A model generated the notes under the pieces. It did not search any database. It was not told the DNA's origin and saw nothing but the letters and a program-made list of their open reading frames with translations. A stretch of DNA of 64,000 bases, from contig OZ360232.1 of the NCBI GenBank assembly GCA_977017645.1, forward strand, positions 38,564,001 to 38,628,000, given 5' to 3'. Every line of letters starts with the position of its first letter. Position 1 is the first letter of the stretch. Of this stretch, positions 59,082-64,000 are shown piece after piece. The DNA is from Torpedo marmorata (Eukaryota). A program made the position numbers and the translations under genes.

Positions 59082-61529
59082 ATGAGATACAATATATTTT
59101 CGCTGGTGAAATACCAACTGTTTTGCTGTTTAATCTCCCACCGGAATCTTGTATCTGGGCAGATTCGCTATTCCGTTCCTGAGGAATTACAACTGGGTGC
59201 CTTTGTCGGGAATATCGCAATTGATTTGGGTTTAGATTTAAAGCAACTGTCCTCTCGCAGTTTGCGGGTAGCGCCCAGCCAGAGGAAGCGGTACATTGAC
59301 GTTAACTTGGAGAGTGGGATTTTATTTGTGAATGAAAGAATCGACAGGGAACAACTTTGCAGGACGAGCAACGATTGCGTTTTGTCTTTGAACGTTCTGC
59401 TTGAGAATCCCGTCAGTCTTCATCAGATACAAGTGGAAATTCTCGATGTAAACGACAACGCTCCCACTTTCCCTAAAAGCCAAATCCGCCTTGATATCTC
59501 AGAGATTACGGCACCGGGAGCGCGATTTCCCCTCGAGACGGCACACGATCCGGACATTGGCACAAACTCATTGCAGACATATCAGCTCGTTCCGAATGAT
59601 TACATCATTCTTGATGTACAAGTGCGCGAGAGAATAGGAATGGTTCCGGTGTTGGTGTTGCATAGGGCCTTGGATAGAGAAACAATATCAAGCCACGAGT
59701 TAACGTTGGTTGCCGAGGACGGAGGCGTACCGGTAAGATCGGGCAAGGTCCAAATTACTATCACAGTGCTGGATGCGAATGACAACACCCCCGTTTTCTC
59801 GCAGTCGGTTTATAGAATCAGTCTGTTGGAATCGGCCCCCATAGGCACTTTAATTATTACTGTCAACGCCACTGATTTGGACGATGGGCCGAATGGTGAG
59901 ATAACATATTCACTCAGTAGCCACAATTCAGCAGATGTTTATGAATTAATTAGAGTGGATTCCAAAACTGGTGAAATCACATTGAAAGGGCATTTGGACT
60001 ACGAACAAAGCCAAACTTTTGTGATTAATATACAAGCATCCGATAATGTCCATAACGCAATGTCTCAACACTGTGAAGTACTGGTGGACGTTATCGATGT
60101 GAACGACAATGCTCCTGACATGACGTTGACTTCAATGTCAAATGGCGTGCCAGAAAATGCTCCGATTGGAACTATTGTCGCCCTCCTCAACGTAGAAGAT
60201 ACTGATACTGGACAAAATGGGGAAATACAATGTCAAATTCCGAATAAACTGCCCTTTAGGCTAGATTTATCGGTGAAGAACAATTGGAAACTGCTAATAC
60301 AGCATGTTCTTGATCGTGAAACTATCTCCAGATATGACATTCCTGTCACATGCACGGATTCCGGGAGCCCACCGCTTACATCCAAGAAAACGATCCGTGT
60401 CGAAGTTTCAGATGTAAATGATAATGCACCAAAGTTTACACAGCCCGTATACACAGCCCATGTCATGGAGAATAATGTTGTTGGGGTATCTATATTCTCC
60501 CTGTCGGCCTTTGATCAAGACATAGGACAGAATGCCCGACTGAACTTTACCATCTTGAGCGCACCTTCGGCCTCATGTGCCTCCATCAACTCACAGACCG
60601 GTGACATGTTTGCTCAGAGATCCTTTGACTACGAACAATTGAAAAACTTCCAGATCCAAGTTCAGGTGCAGGATTATGGAGTGCCACCGCTCTCCAGCAA
60701 CGCTTCGGTACATGTTGTTATCCTCGATCAGAACGATAATGCCCCAGTGATCTTGAATCCTTTGCCCGAATATGGGTTAACAGCAACGGAGACAATATCC
60801 AGGTTTGCAGAACCAGGACACCTGGTTGTCAAGGTATCAGCAACTGACGCCGACGCCGGTCAGAATGCGCGTCTGTCTTACCTTATTTCCCAAGCTACTC
60901 GCCTCAATCTTTTCACTATTTCCGCAGACACGGGAGAAATTTGGACTATCCGTGGTATTGAGAGCAAAGATGCCTCTAAACAAAGGTTGGTGATTGTCGT
61001 AAAAGATCACGGAATTCCTTCACTTTCAGCCTCACTGACCATTGTATTAACTGTAAAAGGACGTGATATGATCTCCAGTGCCACCAGTTTATCTGAAGAT
61101 CATGACTACTCTCCTGATCTAAATTTGTTACTGGTGATAGCCTTGGGTACAACTTCTATTATTTTCCTTGTGATTTTAGTTATCCTCGCTGTTAAGGTTC
61201 ATAAAAATAGAAATGGTGTGAGACACTACAACAGTTCTCTAAATATATGTTCTTGTTTTGAAAAGAGGAATTCCCTAAATGGAATTCAAAGGGCCAGTCG
61301 AAATCTTCAGATACCAACGAGCTATGTTGAGGTATTCGGAGGAGATCCACTTTCTCAGAGTTTCCGTTACGAGTCTTGTTCAACATTACAGTCCGTGAAG
61401 AGAGACTTCAAGACTCCTCAAATGAGCGGGCTGTCCACAGCTCTGCACTATACCCAGAAGAACCTTGTTGGAAAAGAAAATGGAGGGATCATAAACTCTG
61501 AAAAGTCAAACTGCAATATAAATAATGAG
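59082..61529 (+). CDS. clustered protocadherin variable exon 7 (subtype B), 816 codons
   Basis: MRYNIFSLVKYQL leader, six cadherin repeats with a 5-codon deletion in EC5, and TM; donor GAG|GTGAGC at 61530. The unspliced ORF runs to 61610. Confidence 0.95.
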
Positions 61530-62131
61530 GTGAGCGACTTCGAAATAAATTATTTTTATACATATTTTCAGTTACGAATTTCGGGCCATTGCATTCACAG
61601 ACGAAATTAATATTTACAGCAAAATATATTTGTGCATCCTGATTTTTGTCAACGTGCATTGATATGAATTTCAGTTCTAAATATTCAGGTTATTTGCCTT
61701 AAAATGCAACGCTAATACATTTCTACACCGGAAGTGTCCTGGACGTCTGTATGATTCATTACCAATTGGCTAGCACATTTAAAAGTAATTGAAATGTTCG
61801 GTAAATTTTGAAACTGGCCCATATTTTCTTCAATATATTTTAATTATCTTGGAAAAATCATGAACACACAACCGGATATGTTTGCTGTGAACAATTCATT
61901 TGAAAGCAGCATCTTGTTTCCAATCAGATCCTGTTTAAACCACTGATGAATTTCTGATCACGCAATAGACACATTTATTTTGTTCAAGGAATCCTTATTT
62001 TTAGCTCAGCCAGATTGATTTGGTCAACTTGAATTTCAAACCCGACGAAAAGGAATTATAGATGCTGTGATAGCAGAACACATTGGAAATACCACAATAT
62101 CTGTGGAACAAGAAGCAGGAGTCCACGTTTC

Positions 62132-62215
62132 ACATACAGACATACAGAACGGTAACAGGCCCTTTCGGCCCACGAGCCCGTGACGCCCAATTACACCCAA
62201 TTGACCTACAACCCC
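62132..62215 (-). mobile_element. SINE 3' end fragment
   Basis: Nearly identical to 42661-42735 (gtaacaggcc.tttcggcccacgagcc...cccaattacacccaatt). Confidence 0.75.
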
Positions 62216-63645
62216 GTTTCGTTTCCTGGACTTGAATCAGAACAAGATGAAAAGTGACAAGGGTGGAAAGTTGGATTTAGTTTACTCTCCATCAGTACCT
62301 GCTGACCTGATCCGTTTTGTTTTTATTTCGTGTGGCATTGCAGTATTGGGTTCACAAAAAAGTTGCAGAAAAGCTGACCATTTTATCGATTTAGTACATA
62401 AAATTTAATATTTTAATATTTTTCCGCGTCGGCGGGGAATTGAAGTAAGATCGATTATAGCTATTATTTTAGATATTAGTGAATTGATTTCCATCCCTCT
62501 GCGCAAAGGCATAGAAGAAAACTCTCCTGGTTTCTAGAGAACATACCATGGAGATGGGCGTCCAATCGACAATATATTGTAACCATGGGTGATTTCATAC
62601 TGAAATGTGATGAATCTGAACCGCCTCCTCGGTTCAATGACAAAGGATGGTGAACTATAAATGCTCGCGTTTCTAGTGACTTCCACATCTAGCGAACGGA
62701 TGTATTTTAAAAATCTGACCATTACAGTAAAAAGACTAATAGCAAGTTGATCTTTTGGTGTGAACACATTCAAACCCCAATTACAAGACCAGAAGGAACA
62801 ATGTTCATGCGCAAACTTCGAACTAATTTCCTGGATTTCCGTTTTAATTTGTGCACTTTGAATGCCTACATAAGCACAGGTGAAGTACTCCATTGCACCA
62901 TAACGTTGCAGGTTTGGTTGAATCACCAAACATGGTCACAATGAAAATATCACCATTACCTCTTCATATGTTGGTGGTATCATATCCGTATTAACACGGT
63001 TAGGATGATAATGAGCTATCAAAAAAGTCTATGGACTCAGGCATACAATCCGCCGGAATACTTATAACACGAGGATATTTGCGAATTATTGCAAATGGCT
63101 GATGGCAGTGTTCCCAGATGTAACTAGAATAAAGTGACAGATAACATTAGCTGAAGTTTCGCAGTGAAATTTTGCCAACATTTCACTTGGTGGTGTATAG
63201 TGGTATTTAAGCTTGTCTGATAAACAAGAATAGTCTCTGTGTTGGAAGATACTGGTTGCTGCTATATCTCGAGATTATTGTGGAGGATCCACTGTTGCCT
63301 CTTAGGCAACGATTGAACATGGTTTTATCGTGCTATTAATGTTTTCAATCAATACAACATGTGAAAGATAAGTTGATCGGACCAGAACATGTTCCACTTG
63401 TAATTATGGTCAGTAAAAAAATGTATTGATAAGTGAAAGGTATATCTTAATGTGAATTAATTAACATATACATGACGACATATCGCTGAGGAGTACAAAA
63501 AGGAAGTATCTGTCCGGCATTAGTTAAAAATAGTAAAAACATAAGTCATGGTAATGATTTACAAGCAGAGTGTGAAAGTATGAGGCCAGTATGAAAGGAA
63601 TAATATGGCAAACCGTGAGTGAAGGAGAATCTGTACCTGCTAAGG

Positions 63646-63798
63646 CAGAGGTTCTCAACTTTTTTCCACTCACATACCACCTTAAGTAATCCCTTACTAA
63701 CCACAGAGCACCTCTGGCATAAGATGCCATAGATGCTTTGTGGTTAGTAAGGGATTACTTAAGGTGGTATGTGAGTGGAAAAAAGTTGAGAACCACTG
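63646..63798. mobile_element. hAT-type MITE, short fold-back form
   Basis: Palindromic, with perfect TSD TGCTAAGG (63638-63645, 63799-63806). Confidence 0.92.
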
Positions 63799-64000
63799 TG
63801 CTAAGGCATGCCAAGTTATGACTAACATCCTAAAGCATCACGTCCATCACCACTGGAAGACCCAATGGTCAGTGCATGCTAGGTATGTGGTATTGAAATA
63901 GTTGGATGTCAGCGTAGATCAAGGCGAGCAAGCATCAAAACATCCTTAATTAAGCAAAGTTATAATTTGAGAAGTTTGTTGCACAGGGAATGGAGTTTAC

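Noticed and set aside
61530-64000. Pcdh constant exon
   Set aside because: No DWR- or WPNN-type constant-domain coding sequence was recognised here or elsewhere in the window. A very small exon cannot be excluded by eye.

Overview
This is vertebrate genomic DNA from the variable region of a clustered protocadherin (Pcdh) locus. The repeat content (CR1 LINEs, V-SINE-like SINEs, Penelope fragments) suggests a cartilaginous fish, which is an inference. Seven large + strand variable exons of 816-821 codons each encode a signal peptide, six cadherin repeats, a TM segment and a short cytoplasmic segment, and each ends at a conserved phase-0 G|GTGAG splice donor. They form two subtypes in the order A-A-B-A-B-A-B, and each has its own conserved ~200 bp promoter block. 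No constant exon was recognised. The intergenic DNA is a set of paralogous blocks interrupted by CR1 and Rex/Babar-type LINEs, SINEs, Penelope-like fragments and nine copies of a palindromic hAT-type MITE with 8-bp TSDs. The most notable observations are: an out-of-frame upstream ATG at exactly -16 in all seven genes; a minimal hammerhead ribozyme motif in a Penelope terminal repeat; a compound MITE that appears to have captured host DNA; a repeated A/B two-gene cassette with one B gene missing; and mosaic ancestry among the A paralogues. Repeat boundaries are read by eye and are approximate unless a TSD fixes them.
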